Below, piece after piece: positions 7,421 to 17,079 of a DNA stretch of 34,441 bases. A program made the position numbers and the translations under genes. Numbering within the stretch: the first letter of the stretch is position 1; every line of letters starts with the position of its first letter. The stretch is taken from NCBI GenBank assembly GCA_043819135.1, contig JBDRFG010000012.1, positions 1 to 34,441 of the forward strand, given 5' to 3'. This DNA is from Candidatus Eiseniibacteriota bacterium (GTDB lineage: Bacteria; Joyebacterota; Joyebacteria; Joyebacterales; Joyebacteraceae). The notes beneath the pieces were generated by a model. The model searched no databases. It was not told the origin of the DNA and saw only the letters and a program-made list of their open reading frames with translations.

Positions 7421-10400
7421 TCACCTTTTCTGCGACTCTTTGAGGGCCACGACGGGATCGACGCGAGACACCGCCCTTGCAGGGAAATAGGTGCCCACGA
7501 CGCATACCAGCACTATGGCGACAGCGACCCAGAGGAAGTCAACGGGGCCCAGCGCGCAGGCCGACTCCCCCACGATCAGGTTGATCAGGCCCGCGATCAC
7601 AAGCCCGAAGATCACAAGGAGCACACCAGAGATGAGTGCGACCAGGATGCCCTGAGTCAGCAACAGGGTCATGACGCCACCTCGAGAAAGACCCATGATC
7701 CGCAGCGTGCCGATCATCCCCTTCTTGCGTTCACTGACGTCGTGGAACACGATCCAGACGGTCGCAAACGCGATGACGACGCCGATCACCGAAAGGACAT
7801 TGACGAGGAAATCCAGGATCGACCGGTACTTCTGGACCTCCTTGACTCTTGCCTGATTGGACCGAACGCCGAATCGCCCGCTCAGCTTCTCGTGCATGCC
7901 GACGACCTGGTAGACATCGTGGACGAAAACCCGGGCCTTGTAGTACTGACGCTCTTCCGCTTGCGATCTGAACTGACCCAATCCCGTGTCAGGTTCGGCG
8001 ATCCCGTCCCTCGTCATCAAGATGTGAGCCAGGAACGCCGCCGGGACTATCGCGAGGCGAGGCGGCTCCGGCTCCTCGACAGGAACGGTGTCTGCAGCCG
8101 TAGCCGTCTCCGCACCCGGGGGCGAATCGGGAGCGGCCGCGCCGACCGAGGAGTCAGCTGCGCTCGCCGATGGAGAGTCACCGATCACACCGGCCATCTC
8201 CTCCGGCACGTCCTCTGCCGGACTCGGCGAATCCACACCATCGTCCGGGCCGTCATCTCCGTCGGCAGCCAGGTCCGGCTCTGTTTCTTCGGCCTCGCTG
8301 AGGCCTGCGGCTGTGACCCCAGGCACGACGGAGTCCGCGGCGGTGTCAGCGTGGCCATCGGTGTCGGGAGACCCGGTTCCGGATTCCTCCGCGACGACGG
8401 TCTCCGGGGGTTCGGCGTCAGGTCCGGCGCGGGGTTCTACAGCATCCCGCTCCTCCGACCCGTGTACATCGACCGGCAGGTTCAGAACGAGGGTGTCAAG
8501 CGCGACGGCAAGCCTGCCCGATTGTGTCTCCTCTCCGCGATCGCCAAACGTGACCTGCCAGTCGTGCTCCGTCTTGGGGAAGGGACCCCGCGGGTATCTC
8601 AGGTACCTCCGCAGCCACCGGGACGACGCCGACATCCCCACCAGGGTCACCTCTTCGCCGTCCAGGGTCGCCGAGATCGGCTGATTCCATGGCATCACTA
8701 TGGCATCGCTGTCGGTCAGGAGATCCTCTACGCTCCAGATCCTCTCTCCCAGCCAGCGAAGGTCGCCTTCCTGCCGACCCGAGAGCAGGCGATAGACGAG
8801 CGGTCTGAGGAGTCCCATGGCGTTGGTCTCTTCGCGGCTCTTGAGGAATCCCCAGAGGTTCGCCGCAGGATCATCCGGTTCGAGCCTCTCTACCTCCAGA
8901 CCCCGGCTTCTGAGGGCCGTCTGCTCCCGCCCGCTCAGCTCGTTCTTGGCGAACAGAAGGAACGCCTCATACCGCGGATCGATCGGTTGGGGACTCCCGG
9001 GCCAGCCACGGGCAGGCACGTGCCGACCGGCTTTGAAGTCGGCGATGTCGCCGGTCAGATCCAGATGTATGTAGGCCGTCCGTGCGGTTACGTCGCCCAG
9101 GATGTTGCTTACTCGAAGTGTCGCCGGCTGGTACTCCTTCTCTACGCCTTCCTCGTCAACGAATCTGCTGACCCACACCGTCGCATCAGAACCGACCTCG
9201 ACCTCAAGCTCCTCTGCGAGACTGGCGGGCAGCACGATGGAATTGCTATCGAATCCCGTGAAGTCCTGATCCGCGTATACCATCAGGAGCTTCGGATCGG
9301 TCGGTAGCGTTCCGGTGAGGGTGATGCTGAGTTCGCGATCCTCATATCTCTCCGGGAACACGACGTGCGTCACGCTGGGGATCACCATCTCTATCTCCGG
9401 GTGACTCGCAGCGATCTCGCTCAGCGCCTCGCCGGTCAGGCTGCCGGTGCTTGCCAGCGGGGTGATGGTCAGCTCCCTTGCGGTGGGGCTCTTCGTCAGG
9501 TCCCGCTTGAAGTCCTCAACAAGACCCGATCGCATACCGCGCAGCAGGAGCATCAGTAGACCGATCGCAACGATGACCAAGGCGCTCCTGCAGGTCCTAA
9601 GTAGGAACGACGGGTCCCTGCTGTGTTTCTTGTCCCGGATGAAGGCGATCGGGTTCTCGAAGAAGCCGTAGAGGGGCCCCAGAGCGTCCTTTACTCCCAG
9701 ACGTGCGTGCTCGAGGACCTCGTTAAGCCTCCCGCGCGGCGCCACGGGCGAGGCCGGCTCAGAACCGACTTCCCTCACGGGCGGGATCGAAGCCGGTTCG
9801 GCTTCCGACGCGTCCGGCGGCACAGGCTCGATCCCGGAATCCGATTCGGGCAGCTGGTCGTGAATGTCCTCCCTGGGCTGATTGCGGTCGACGTGGGTGA
9901 CCGAACCCACTCGCGGGGCCACATCGTCCATCTTGATGATGCAGTCGGAGAAGTCTCGCGCCAGAGTCTCGTCGTGGGTCACCATAATCACTGTCTGCCC
10001 CAACCGACGAGTCTGCTTCCTCAGAGCGGTGATTGCCTGTTCCGCTGTCTTGCGGTCCAGGTCGCTGGTCGGCTCGTCCAGCATCACGAGGGGCGGATCG
10101 TGGATCAGGGCTCTGGCGAACACACCTCGCTGCCTCTGCCCACCCGACAGCTCGCCGGGCAGGTTCCCGATCTTCGAGCCCGTCTCGGAATCGAGCCCGA
10201 GCTGCTTGAGTCTGTCCCTCGAATGCCGGTCGGGTTCACTCAAGCCGCCCAGCAGTCTCGGAATCGCGACGTTGTCGATGAGCGGCAGCGACGGAATCAG
10301 CTCCCCGCCCTGCAGGCAGAAGCCGATGAGAGACCTGCGAAGCGTCTCGCGCTCTATCCGGGTCATCGAGGGTTCGCCTTCATGACCCTTGCCCCCGTAG

Positions 10401-10702
10401 ACGTAGTAATCCAGCTCGGTGGCGCCGGGCAGTGGCGTCCCCAGGTGGAACGAGAGTTCGTTGCATGTGATGGAGAACCCCTCGTCCTCGAATCCCCTCA
10501 TGAGACCGAGGGTCATGAGCAGCGTCGTCTTCCCGCAACCGCTCTGTCCGAGGATCGTGGTGAACAATCCCCGGGGTATATCGAGAGAGGGGACCTTGAG
10601 TGTGAACGGCTCCTTCGTTCCCACGACGATCTCGAGGTCACGCACGACGATCAGTGAACTGCCGTCGCGTGGAGATTCCCCGGTACCCTTGCCTTGCTCC
10701 AT
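7421..10702 (-). CDS. Fused ABC ATPase plus FtsX/MacB-type permease (TagT-TagS-like); alternative start at 10780
   Basis: Walker A GQSGCGKTT, signature LSGGQRQR, Walker B VMLDEP and H-loop MVTHD. These are followed by one TM, a large extracytoplasmic domain, and three C-terminal TMs with ERKKGMIGTLRIMG and PARAVSRVDPVVAL (FtsX-like). Confidence 0.9.
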   Translation of the reverse strand: MEQGKGTGESPRDGSSLIVVRDLEIVVGTKEPFTLKVPSLDIPRGLFTTILGQSGCGKTTLLMTLGLMRGFEDEGFSITCNELSFHLGTPLPGATELDYYVYGGKGHEGEPSMTRIERETLRRSLIGFCLQGGELIPSLPLIDNVAIPRLLGGLSEPDRHSRDRLKQLGLDSETGSKIGNLPGELSGGQRQRGVFARALIHDPPLVMLDEPTSDLDRKTAEQAITALRKQTRRLGQTVIMVTHDETLARDFSDCIIKMDDVAPRVGSVTHVDRNQPREDIHDQLPESDSGIEPVPPDASEAEPASIPPVREVGSEPASPVAPRGRLNEVLEHARLGVKDALGPLYGFFENPIAFIRDKKHSRDPSFLLRTCRSALVIVAIGLLMLLLRGMRSGLVEDFKRDLTKSPTARELTITPLASTGSLTGEALSEIAASHPEIEMVIPSVTHVVFPERYEDRELSITLTGTLPTDPKLLMVYADQDFTGFDSNSIVLPASLAEELEVEVGSDATVWVSRFVDEEGVEKEYQPATLRVSNILGDVTARTAYIHLDLTGDIADFKAGRHVPARGWPGSPQPIDPRYEAFLLFAKNELSGREQTALRSRGLEVERLEPDDPAANLWGFLKSREETNAMGLLRPLVYRLLSGRQEGDLRWLGERIWSVEDLLTDSDAIVMPWNQPISATLDGEEVTLVGMSASSRWLRRYLRYPRGPFPKTEHDWQVTFGDRGEETQSGRLAVALDTLVLNLPVDVHGSEERDAVEPRAGPDAEPPETVVAEESGTGSPDTDGHADTAADSVVPGVTAAGLSEAEETEPDLAADGDDGPDDGVDSPSPAEDVPEEMAGVIGDSPSASAADSSVGAAAPDSPPGAETATAADTVPVEEPEPPRLAIVPAAFLAHILMTRDGIAEPDTGLGQFRSQAEERQYYKARVFVHDVYQVVGMHEKLSGRFGVRSNQARVKEVQKYRSILDFLVNVLSVIGVVIAFATVWIVFHDVSERKKGMIGTLRIMGLSRGGVMTLLLTQGILVALISGVLLVIFGLVIAGLINLIVGESACALGPVDFLWVAVAIVLVCVVGTYFPARAVSRVDPVVALKESQKR

Positions 10703-10780
10703 GCCTACCGCCTTCCATGCTCCCAGGTGGGCAGCGGCCCGGTCGCATGGAACCTGCAACCGGGCCTGCCCGCCTGGCAT

Positions 10781-12748
10781 CTATGGCAGATCCGCGAGGG
10801 CCACAAAGGCATGGGCCTCCCGGTCGCGCGCCGTCGGATGGAGCTTGTGCCAGATATTCGGGTTCTCTGTCAGGCTGTCGAGGGTCTCGGTGGTGCTCCT
10901 CACCCCGTTGACCCAGTCGTCATAGTCCACCTGGGACATCGCAGCGAGATCCCCGATGGTAACGTGGAAGATGGGTGTCTTGAGCGGGAACCCGAGCAGG
11001 ACCAACAGGAACTTCTCGAGGGGCATATCGGCTGTGATCGGCTCCGAGAGGTTCAGGCTCGTGGTGATGATCTGCAGGCTCTTCAGGATGTTGCCGACGT
11101 CCCGATGTCCAGGCGCCCCGGCATCCTCGAGAGCTCCCTGCAGGAACTCGAGCATAGAGTTGAACGACTTGAGCTGACCCATTCTGACGAAGACGTGCGG
11201 CACGAAGAGCCGATTCCCTTCGTAATCGAACTCAGTGCAGTACCTGCTCCCGAAGCGCATGCCGTCGCCGCCGTCACCGTCATCCGAGAGTGTTCCGATA
11301 ATGTCCAGGACGGGATAGGGGAAGTACGATTCCTTGGTACCCGGTTCAGCCGCTTTGCGGCCGCCACCTTTTCTGACGGCAACATCGAAGTTGTCCATTC
11401 CTGTGAGGATGAACTCTGTGAGCTGCCCGGAGAAGTCCTCCGGTGAACTGCCGCCCCGCACGGGGATCATCAATCCCATATACTCCCGACCCGTTGTGAG
11501 CTCTGTGAACTGCCTGTCGCCTATGGGATGATCTGCGCTGTACTCCGGGTCCTTCAAACGGACCGCTGAGACGACGAAACCGCTCTCCAGCAGCGCCTGC
11601 GTATCGCGACTCGGCTGGAGCTTGGCCTTCATCCCCGGGATCGAGCGGGAACTCTCGTTCTTCTTGAAACCGGACATCGGGTGGCTCGGCCCCTTGAGAC
11701 TGGAGTCGCCGACGATGACGATGTTCTTCCAGGCGAGCGGATTCCATTTCATTTCGGCTGCCGTAGCTCGGTCCACACCCGCAAGGACGTCCTCCGGATA
11801 ATCCCCCCCACCCCCTACGTCGATCCCTCCCAGCACGCTCAGCAAGTGGTCGTGGTCCTTCCCCTCCTCAAGAGTGCAGAAGATCTTGGACACGTAGGCG
11901 TCGCCGCTGTCTCGGTAGCCGACCAGCCCGAAGCGCAGCTTCTCTCTGAGATCCTGCTTGGACGCAAGGCCATTGACGACGTCGGAGATCGAGCGACGAA
12001 CTTGCGCGATCGGGGGTCCCATGCTGCCCGTCGTATCCAAGACAAACACGATGTCAACAGTGGACAGTTCCCTGACTTCGTTTGGAGTCAGCCGGTGATC
12101 GATTCCGGGCACGTCGATTCCGCCTTCGCCGGTCGGATCGGTCGCACCCGCTCCCGGGCGGCCGGACAAGAAGGCGACCTCGAACAGGTTCATCTCCACG
12201 TCCGCGGCCTTGATCTCCCTGGAATCCAAGAGAGGCATCAGAATCAGGTCGCCTTCGGTAGCTTCTGGCTCGCGGTGCGAGGCCCCTTCGACATCACCGG
12301 TGGATGCCGCGCGTTCTGACTGCTCCTGCTCGGGGAAGAAGTGTGCCAGATCGCGTGACGTCCTCTTCGCGAAACGCAGGGCCTGGCGGTGGTGCCACTC
12401 GACAACGTCATCCTCGTGAATCCAACCTTTGAACTCACCCTCCGTGTCCCCGGCGGAGACCCGGTAGAATCCATCCTTCGTAACGGACTCCAGATCCGCG
12501 AGCTTGCGAGACGGAGCCCCCCGGTCCGGAGGCAGAACGTACCAATACCTGAACACGGGGCAGGGCGAGCTCTTGCTTTCCCTGCTGGGAGATTCATGAA
12601 GCTGGCAATCGTGTGTGGTAATCACCTTGACGCTGATGCCTGCTCTGTTCAGGACTGCGCCCCCGGACTGGGCGAGAGCCACACTGCTCAATGCAGCAGT
12701 GAGGACGAGCGAAGCTATGAAGACCCGGCACAAAAGGGAACGACTCAT
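10781..12748 (-). CDS. Secreted vWA-domain protein resembling the extracytoplasmic part of PpkA, without a kinase domain, 655 aa
   Basis: ATG at 12748 after GGAGG; signal peptide ending VALA-QS. MIDAS region DIVFVLDTTGSM, LRFGLVGYRD, PEDVLAG, IVIVGD. Flanking segments (GWI..EW..ALRF; C-terminal W...FVALADLP) match my recollection of the PpkA C-terminal region. Confidence 0.85.
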   Translation of the reverse strand: MSRSLLCRVFIASLVLTAALSSVALAQSGGAVLNRAGISVKVITTHDCQLHESPSRESKSSPCPVFRYWYVLPPDRGAPSRKLADLESVTKDGFYRVSAGDTEGEFKGWIHEDDVVEWHHRQALRFAKRTSRDLAHFFPEQEQSERAASTGDVEGASHREPEATEGDLILMPLLDSREIKAADVEMNLFEVAFLSGRPGAGATDPTGEGGIDVPGIDHRLTPNEVRELSTVDIVFVLDTTGSMGPPIAQVRRSISDVVNGLASKQDLREKLRFGLVGYRDSGDAYVSKIFCTLEEGKDHDHLLSVLGGIDVGGGGDYPEDVLAGVDRATAAEMKWNPLAWKNIVIVGDSSLKGPSHPMSGFKKNESSRSIPGMKAKLQPSRDTQALLESGFVVSAVRLKDPEYSADHPIGDRQFTELTTGREYMGLMIPVRGGSSPEDFSGQLTEFILTGMDNFDVAVRKGGGRKAAEPGTKESYFPYPVLDIIGTLSDDGDGGDGMRFGSRYCTEFDYEGNRLFVPHVFVRMGQLKSFNSMLEFLQGALEDAGAPGHRDVGNILKSLQIITTSLNLSEPITADMPLEKFLLVLLGFPLKTPIFHVTIGDLAAMSQVDYDDWVNGVRSTTETLDSLTENPNIWHKLHPTARDREAHAFVALADLP

Positions 12749-13246
12749 TTGAAACCTCCGCAGCAGCTCTGCCCGCGCCCCCAAGCGACAGCTCACAGAC
12801 GGCACTCGCAAGAATGGGCGATCTACTAGAGGTAGCTGGATTGGTTCGATGTACATCCCGAGAGTCGGACAGTCTTGACCCCCGGGTCACGCGATCAGCC
12901 ACGAGTCCTGAGTCCCCGCCAACCTGACCGGCAGGGCCTGATTCCTCAGTACTGAGTGCCTCCTTTCCCCGTTGCAGTAGTCCACCTGTTCCACTAAAGA
13001 CCACCCCGAGCTCACGCAAATCCCCCCGCCTCCAGAAAGAGCGAGTGGCTCTCACTCTTGAAGCGGGAGTTCCACACGGGAAGTGCGGCCTTGGCCTCTT
13101 CGTCTCCCGGCAACTTCTCGGCGCCGGTAATCGGAACACCCGTCAAGATGCCTGGGCGTCCGACGGGAGGTCAAACCGCACATGAAACACGTATCTACAT
13201 CTCGGGAATCGGCGTGTTGTTCTGCGCGAATCACGAGCGCTCTATA

Positions 13247-13276
13247 CTTATACTCGACCGACCATGCTGATGTCAA
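13247..13276 (-). promoter_or_regulatory. Putative sigma70-type promoter for the leftward vWA-ABC-FGE operon
   Basis: Minus strand TTGACA (13276-13271), 18-bp spacer, TATAAG (13252-13247), in a locally AT-richer patch about 500 nt upstream of the start codon. Confidence 0.5.
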
Positions 13277-13286
13277 GTCCATCTTA

Positions 13287-13319
13287 AGGGAGTCGAGGTC
13301 GAGGGAGTCGAGGGAGTCG
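13287..13319. repeat. Short tandem repeat AGGGAGTCG x3 plus one partial unit
   Basis: AGGGAGTCG AGGTCG AGGGAGTCG AGGGAGTCG, immediately upstream of the leftward -35 box. Confidence 0.6.
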
Positions 13320-13668
13320 CCCCGGCGGCCGTGTCTCCTGTTCCGCGTGTCAAGACGATGGACAGAGGAGCGGGGGGCGTCCGGTCGCGGTCAGATCGGG
13401 CGCTTCGCGCGTGCATCCCACCGACCGGTCCTGCCCTGATGGCCGGCGCCGGGCAGGGGGCAGTGATCAGGAACGTGATCGGGGGAAGCTCGAGGTACCG
13501 AGCGCAACGCGAGGCTCTGCCAGCCGGAGGCGAGGCGGGCGTGTTCCCCGCGCTCGACCGGCGGATGCTCGGCCACACACGTGATTCCATCGCGTGAAGG
13601 GAACACTCCCTCATTGAGCAGCTACGCGCGGCATGGCTCGATCGCCAGCACGCTCCCTCCCGTATCGC

Positions 13669-13697
13669 TTGACTAATCCTCATTCAACAAGTATGCT
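13669..13697 (+). promoter_or_regulatory. Putative sigma70-type promoter for the rightward vWA operon
   Basis: TTGACT (13669-13674), 17-bp spacer, TATGCT (13692-13697), about 90 nt before the start codon. Confidence 0.6.
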
Positions 13698-13785
13698 GTA
13701 GTAGGTTTCGTCACGACGTAGTGTCACGCCAATATCTGTTGGTGCTCCGCCCTTCACACCGCCACAAACTGCGAGCGAGGTGGAA

Positions 13786-15726
13786 ATGCGATCGACCATA
13801 TCCGTAGCCCTGATTGCTCTGTGCAGTCTGGCCCTGTTGCCGCTTCCGTCACTCGGACAGACCGGAGGCGCAGTGATCAACGACGCTGGCACCAGCGTCA
13901 AACTGATCACGGTCCGCGACTGTCGTATCTACGATCGACCGGATTCGACGGAGAGCGACACCGCTCCGTGCGAGGTTTTCAGGTACTGGTACGTACTGCC
14001 GCCCGATCGTACGGCGCCGTCACGCGCGTTGAAGGATCTGGACTCGATAACGCTGAACGGCTTCTATCGCGTGGCCGCGGGTGACACAGAGGGTGAGTTC
14101 AAAGGATGGATCCACAAGAGTGACGCCATAGAGTGGCACCATCGCCAGGCGGTCCGATTCTCACCGAGGAGAGCGCGCGACCTGGCCTATTTCTTCCCTG
14201 CGCCGGAAGACGCGGTCGCATGGGCGACGAACGGAGAGGCGAAGACCGCCACGCACCGGGAACCTGAGAGTACTGGTGGCCAGTTGGTGCTGATGCCCTT
14301 GCTGGATGCAGACCCGATCGGGATCAACGGCGCGGAGATGGAGCTCTTCAAGGTCGCCTTCGTCTGGGGACACACTGGCTCCGAAGCTCCTCTGCCGACG
14401 AAGTCGGTTGTGCTCGAGGAGACGACTGTTGACATCGTCTTCGTCCTGGACACGACCGAGAGCATGGGGCCGTCCATCGCGAAGGTCCTCAGGTCCATTG
14501 AGCAGGTTGCCGAGACCTTGGCTTCCGATGACACGATGAGGCCGAGGCTGCGCCTTGGACTGGTCGGCTATCGGGACACGGTCGGCGACATGACCGACTA
14601 CTACCTCACGAAGACGTTTTGCACGCTTGAGGAGGGCAGCGACCACCGGCTGTTCATTGAGAGACTCAAGGGTGCCGTGACACCCACGGGTAGCCACAGG
14701 GACGACTACGCCGAGGACGTGCTGGCCGGCATCGATCACGCCCTGGGCGAGCACATGAAGTGGAATCCCTATGCGTGGAAGAACATCATCGTTGTGAGCG
14801 ATTCGAGCATCAAGGAACCCGACCATCCTCACCCCGAGAGCCGACACAACGCGGGGTCGAGGACCATCGCCGGCTTGCTGAGCAAGGTCCAGCCGGGCTC
14901 GGGCGCGGTGGAGGAGCTCCTGAGCAGCGGCCACGTGATCTCCAGCGTCTGCGTGCGTCATCCGGACTCACCGGATGACTACAATGCAGCCGATAGGCAG
15001 TTTCGCGAACTCACGACGGGCCGAAGTTACGAGGGCCAGCTGATGCGTGTGCGCGGCGGCAGTGATCCCGAGGACTTCTCCGACATCCTGTCACGGAGAG
15101 TCCTGAAGCTCGTGGAGAACTTCGAGCGAGGAGTGCTGCATGGGGAGCCCGTGAAGGAAGAAGACTGGCCGCTCCCGGTCCTGGATCTGCTGACGGCCCT
15201 TGGCGATGCTGACAGCACAGGCGCCGCCAGTGGCAAAGCCGACACCATGGGATTCGCGAGTCGATTCTGCGCCGAGTTCAATCACAACGGAGATCGAGTC
15301 TTCATTCCTCACGTCTTCACTCGTAAGGGCCAGTTGCTCCAGTTCAATTCCATGCTGGAGTACCTCGAAGGTGCCCTGGAGGATGCGGGAGAACCAGGCA
15401 GCAAGGACGTGGCCACAATCCTCCGGAGCCTTCAGGTGGTTTCCACGAGCCTCAACCTCGCCGAGCCGATCACCGCCGACATGGAGCTGGAGAAGCTGCT
15501 GAAGCTACTGCTCGGCTTGCCCCTGAAGACCCCCATCTTCAGGATATCGATCAGCGATCTTGCATCCATGTCGCAGGTCGACTACGACGACTGGCTCAAG
15601 AGCGTCCGCGGTTGTCACGACACACTCGAGAGCCTCCTGGAGAATCCGACCATCTGGTATCGGTTGCACCCCACGGCGCGCGACAGGGAGATGCACGCCT
15701 TCATCGAGCTGGCGGACCTGCCGTAG
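13786..15726 (+). CDS. Second secreted PpkA-periplasmic-like vWA protein (paralog of 10781-12748), 646 aa
   Basis: ATG at 13786 after GAGGT (the ORF track uses GTG at 13780). Signal peptide ending SLG-QT and MIDAS DTTESM. Colinear with the leftward paralog throughout (FRYWYVLPPDR, EWHHRQA, LNL.EPITADM, LHPTARDRE). Confidence 0.88.
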   Translation: MRSTISVALIALCSLALLPLPSLGQTGGAVINDAGTSVKLITVRDCRIYDRPDSTESDTAPCEVFRYWYVLPPDRTAPSRALKDLDSITLNGFYRVAAGDTEGEFKGWIHKSDAIEWHHRQAVRFSPRRARDLAYFFPAPEDAVAWATNGEAKTATHREPESTGGQLVLMPLLDADPIGINGAEMELFKVAFVWGHTGSEAPLPTKSVVLEETTVDIVFVLDTTESMGPSIAKVLRSIEQVAETLASDDTMRPRLRLGLVGYRDTVGDMTDYYLTKTFCTLEEGSDHRLFIERLKGAVTPTGSHRDDYAEDVLAGIDHALGEHMKWNPYAWKNIIVVSDSSIKEPDHPHPESRHNAGSRTIAGLLSKVQPGSGAVEELLSSGHVISSVCVRHPDSPDDYNAADRQFRELTTGRSYEGQLMRVRGGSDPEDFSDILSRRVLKLVENFERGVLHGEPVKEEDWPLPVLDLLTALGDADSTGAASGKADTMGFASRFCAEFNHNGDRVFIPHVFTRKGQLLQFNSMLEYLEGALEDAGEPGSKDVATILRSLQVVSTSLNLAEPITADMELEKLLKLLLGLPLKTPIFRISISDLASMSQVDYDDWLKSVRGCHDTLESLLENPTIWYRLHPTARDREMHAFIELADLP

Positions 15727-15740
15727 AGGGGTCGGTCTCA

Positions 15741-15908
15741 ATGGCGTCCATGTCGCTGACCGACTACTACGATTGGCTCAAGAGCGTCCACGGTTGTCAC
15801 GTCACACTCGAGAGCTTCCTTGAGGATCCGACGATTTGGTATCGGTTGCACCGCACGGCGCGAGACAGGGAGATGCACGCATTCATCGAGTTGGCCGACC
15901 TGCCCTGA
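15741..15908 (+). pseudogene. Tandem extra copy of the vWA gene 3' end (55-aa mini-ORF)
   Basis: 15744-15908 aligns without gaps to 15562-15726, with 21 mismatches in 165 bp (hand count). Confidence 0.8.
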
Positions 15909-15999
15909 GCAACTGTGATCTCGCGCACGACGGATCAGTGGCCGTCCCGTGCCTCTGGATGTAGAGCAGGCGCGCGGGACAGATAAGGAGGGAAGGACC

Positions 16000-17079
16000 A
16001 TGGAGAGAAAGATGCAGACCCACGGTGGGCTTGGGTGCCGCTCGCTCCTCGGTGTGGCTCTCGTCGCACTCCTCGTTGCGGTCCCCGGTGCGGCACCGGC
16101 TCAGGACGACGCTTACACGTACACCTACCCCGACACGGCCAATCCGATGAAGCTCTACTGGCAGAACACGCGTTTCATGATGGAGGGTCTGGCGTCACTT
16201 GAGAAGGCGGCGAACTGCCTGAACGAGCACTTCGAAGACGACCAAGTTCATGAGTTCGTGCAGGAGATACACGACTACGCGGACTCTCTGCGCAATGGCG
16301 TCGAGGCGCATGAAGCGGGGTCGTTGTCGTTTGCACGATCGCGCACGCTCGAGGAGGGCGCCAAGTACCTTCTCGGGAAGATGCCCGACGTCGTCACGGC
16401 CCTCAAGGCGACCGGCAAGATCTCGTCAGACTTCATGCTGCCCGCCCCGTCCGCAATGGCCGACCTCGCGACCGCGACAGGCAGGATCATCGGCTCCGGC
16501 GGCAGGTTCGACATTGAGACGACCACGTACTGCCTGGACTCATTGGCCAAGGGAGCCTGGTGGACTGTGGGCTACCTGAAGGGGGGTCCCGCGTTGGCCG
16601 GAGCCTACGAGTCGCTCGCCGGTGCCACACTGGAACTCGGGAGAGAGGCCACATACCCGCTCTTCGAGAGAGGCTGGAAGGCGGCGACCGGAGCGGCCAG
16701 GGATAAGATCGATGCCTGGGAAGGGATCAAGACGAGGAGCCTAGCCTCTGGACTCCCGGTGCCGGCCATTTCCGAGATGTTCGGCGGTCGCGATTATCTC
16801 CTGAAGAACGGCTTCAGCGGCGCGATGATAGACCGGTACGACACCGAGGCACTGAACCTCAACAACCGGTTCTCGGCCATGAGGGCCGATTTCAGTCCCG
16901 CAACGTTCACGGACCTCTCGAGAACAGGCACGTTCGATGTGGGAGGCGTCACCATCGATCCGGACCTCGTGAGTCTCGGCGAAGGCGGGGCAAAGCTCAA
17001 GACGCAGACGATGGACGCTCGTCCCTCGGAGGACGATCTGTCCTGGCCAGTTGACCTGCCCGACGAGGAGGACGACTGA
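16000..17079 (+). CDS. Secreted hypothetical protein, 359 aa
   Basis: Strong RBS AAGGAGGG before the ATG at 16000; signal peptide ending AAPA-QDD; stop overlaps the next start (TGATG). Confidence 0.8.
   Translation: MERKMQTHGGLGCRSLLGVALVALLVAVPGAAPAQDDAYTYTYPDTANPMKLYWQNTRFMMEGLASLEKAANCLNEHFEDDQVHEFVQEIHDYADSLRNGVEAHEAGSLSFARSRTLEEGAKYLLGKMPDVVTALKATGKISSDFMLPAPSAMADLATATGRIIGSGGRFDIETTTYCLDSLAKGAWWTVGYLKGGPALAGAYESLAGATLELGREATYPLFERGWKAATGAARDKIDAWEGIKTRSLASGLPVPAISEMFGGRDYLLKNGFSGAMIDRYDTEALNLNNRFSAMRADFSPATFTDLSRTGTFDVGGVTIDPDLVSLGEGGAKLKTQTMDARPSEDDLSWPVDLPDEEDD

Noticed and set aside
7292..9307. 671-aa plus-strand ORF
   Set aside because: Antisense shadow of the ABC permease in GC-rich DNA; no recognisable motifs.
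12749..13246. Known riboswitch or small CDS in the long leader
   Set aside because: I could not identify cobalamin, c-di-GMP, SAM or TPP consensus elements by eye, and the ORFs lack credible starts. An Rfam search is needed to exclude this properly.
13541..13553. GTGTTCCCCGCGC, resembling the start of a type I-E CRISPR repeat
   Set aside because: Single partial copy; no palindromic second half, no spacers and no cas genes.
15562..15908. VR/TR pair at the vWA 3' end
   Set aside because: Mismatches are mostly at non-A positions in both copies and are enriched at third codon positions.
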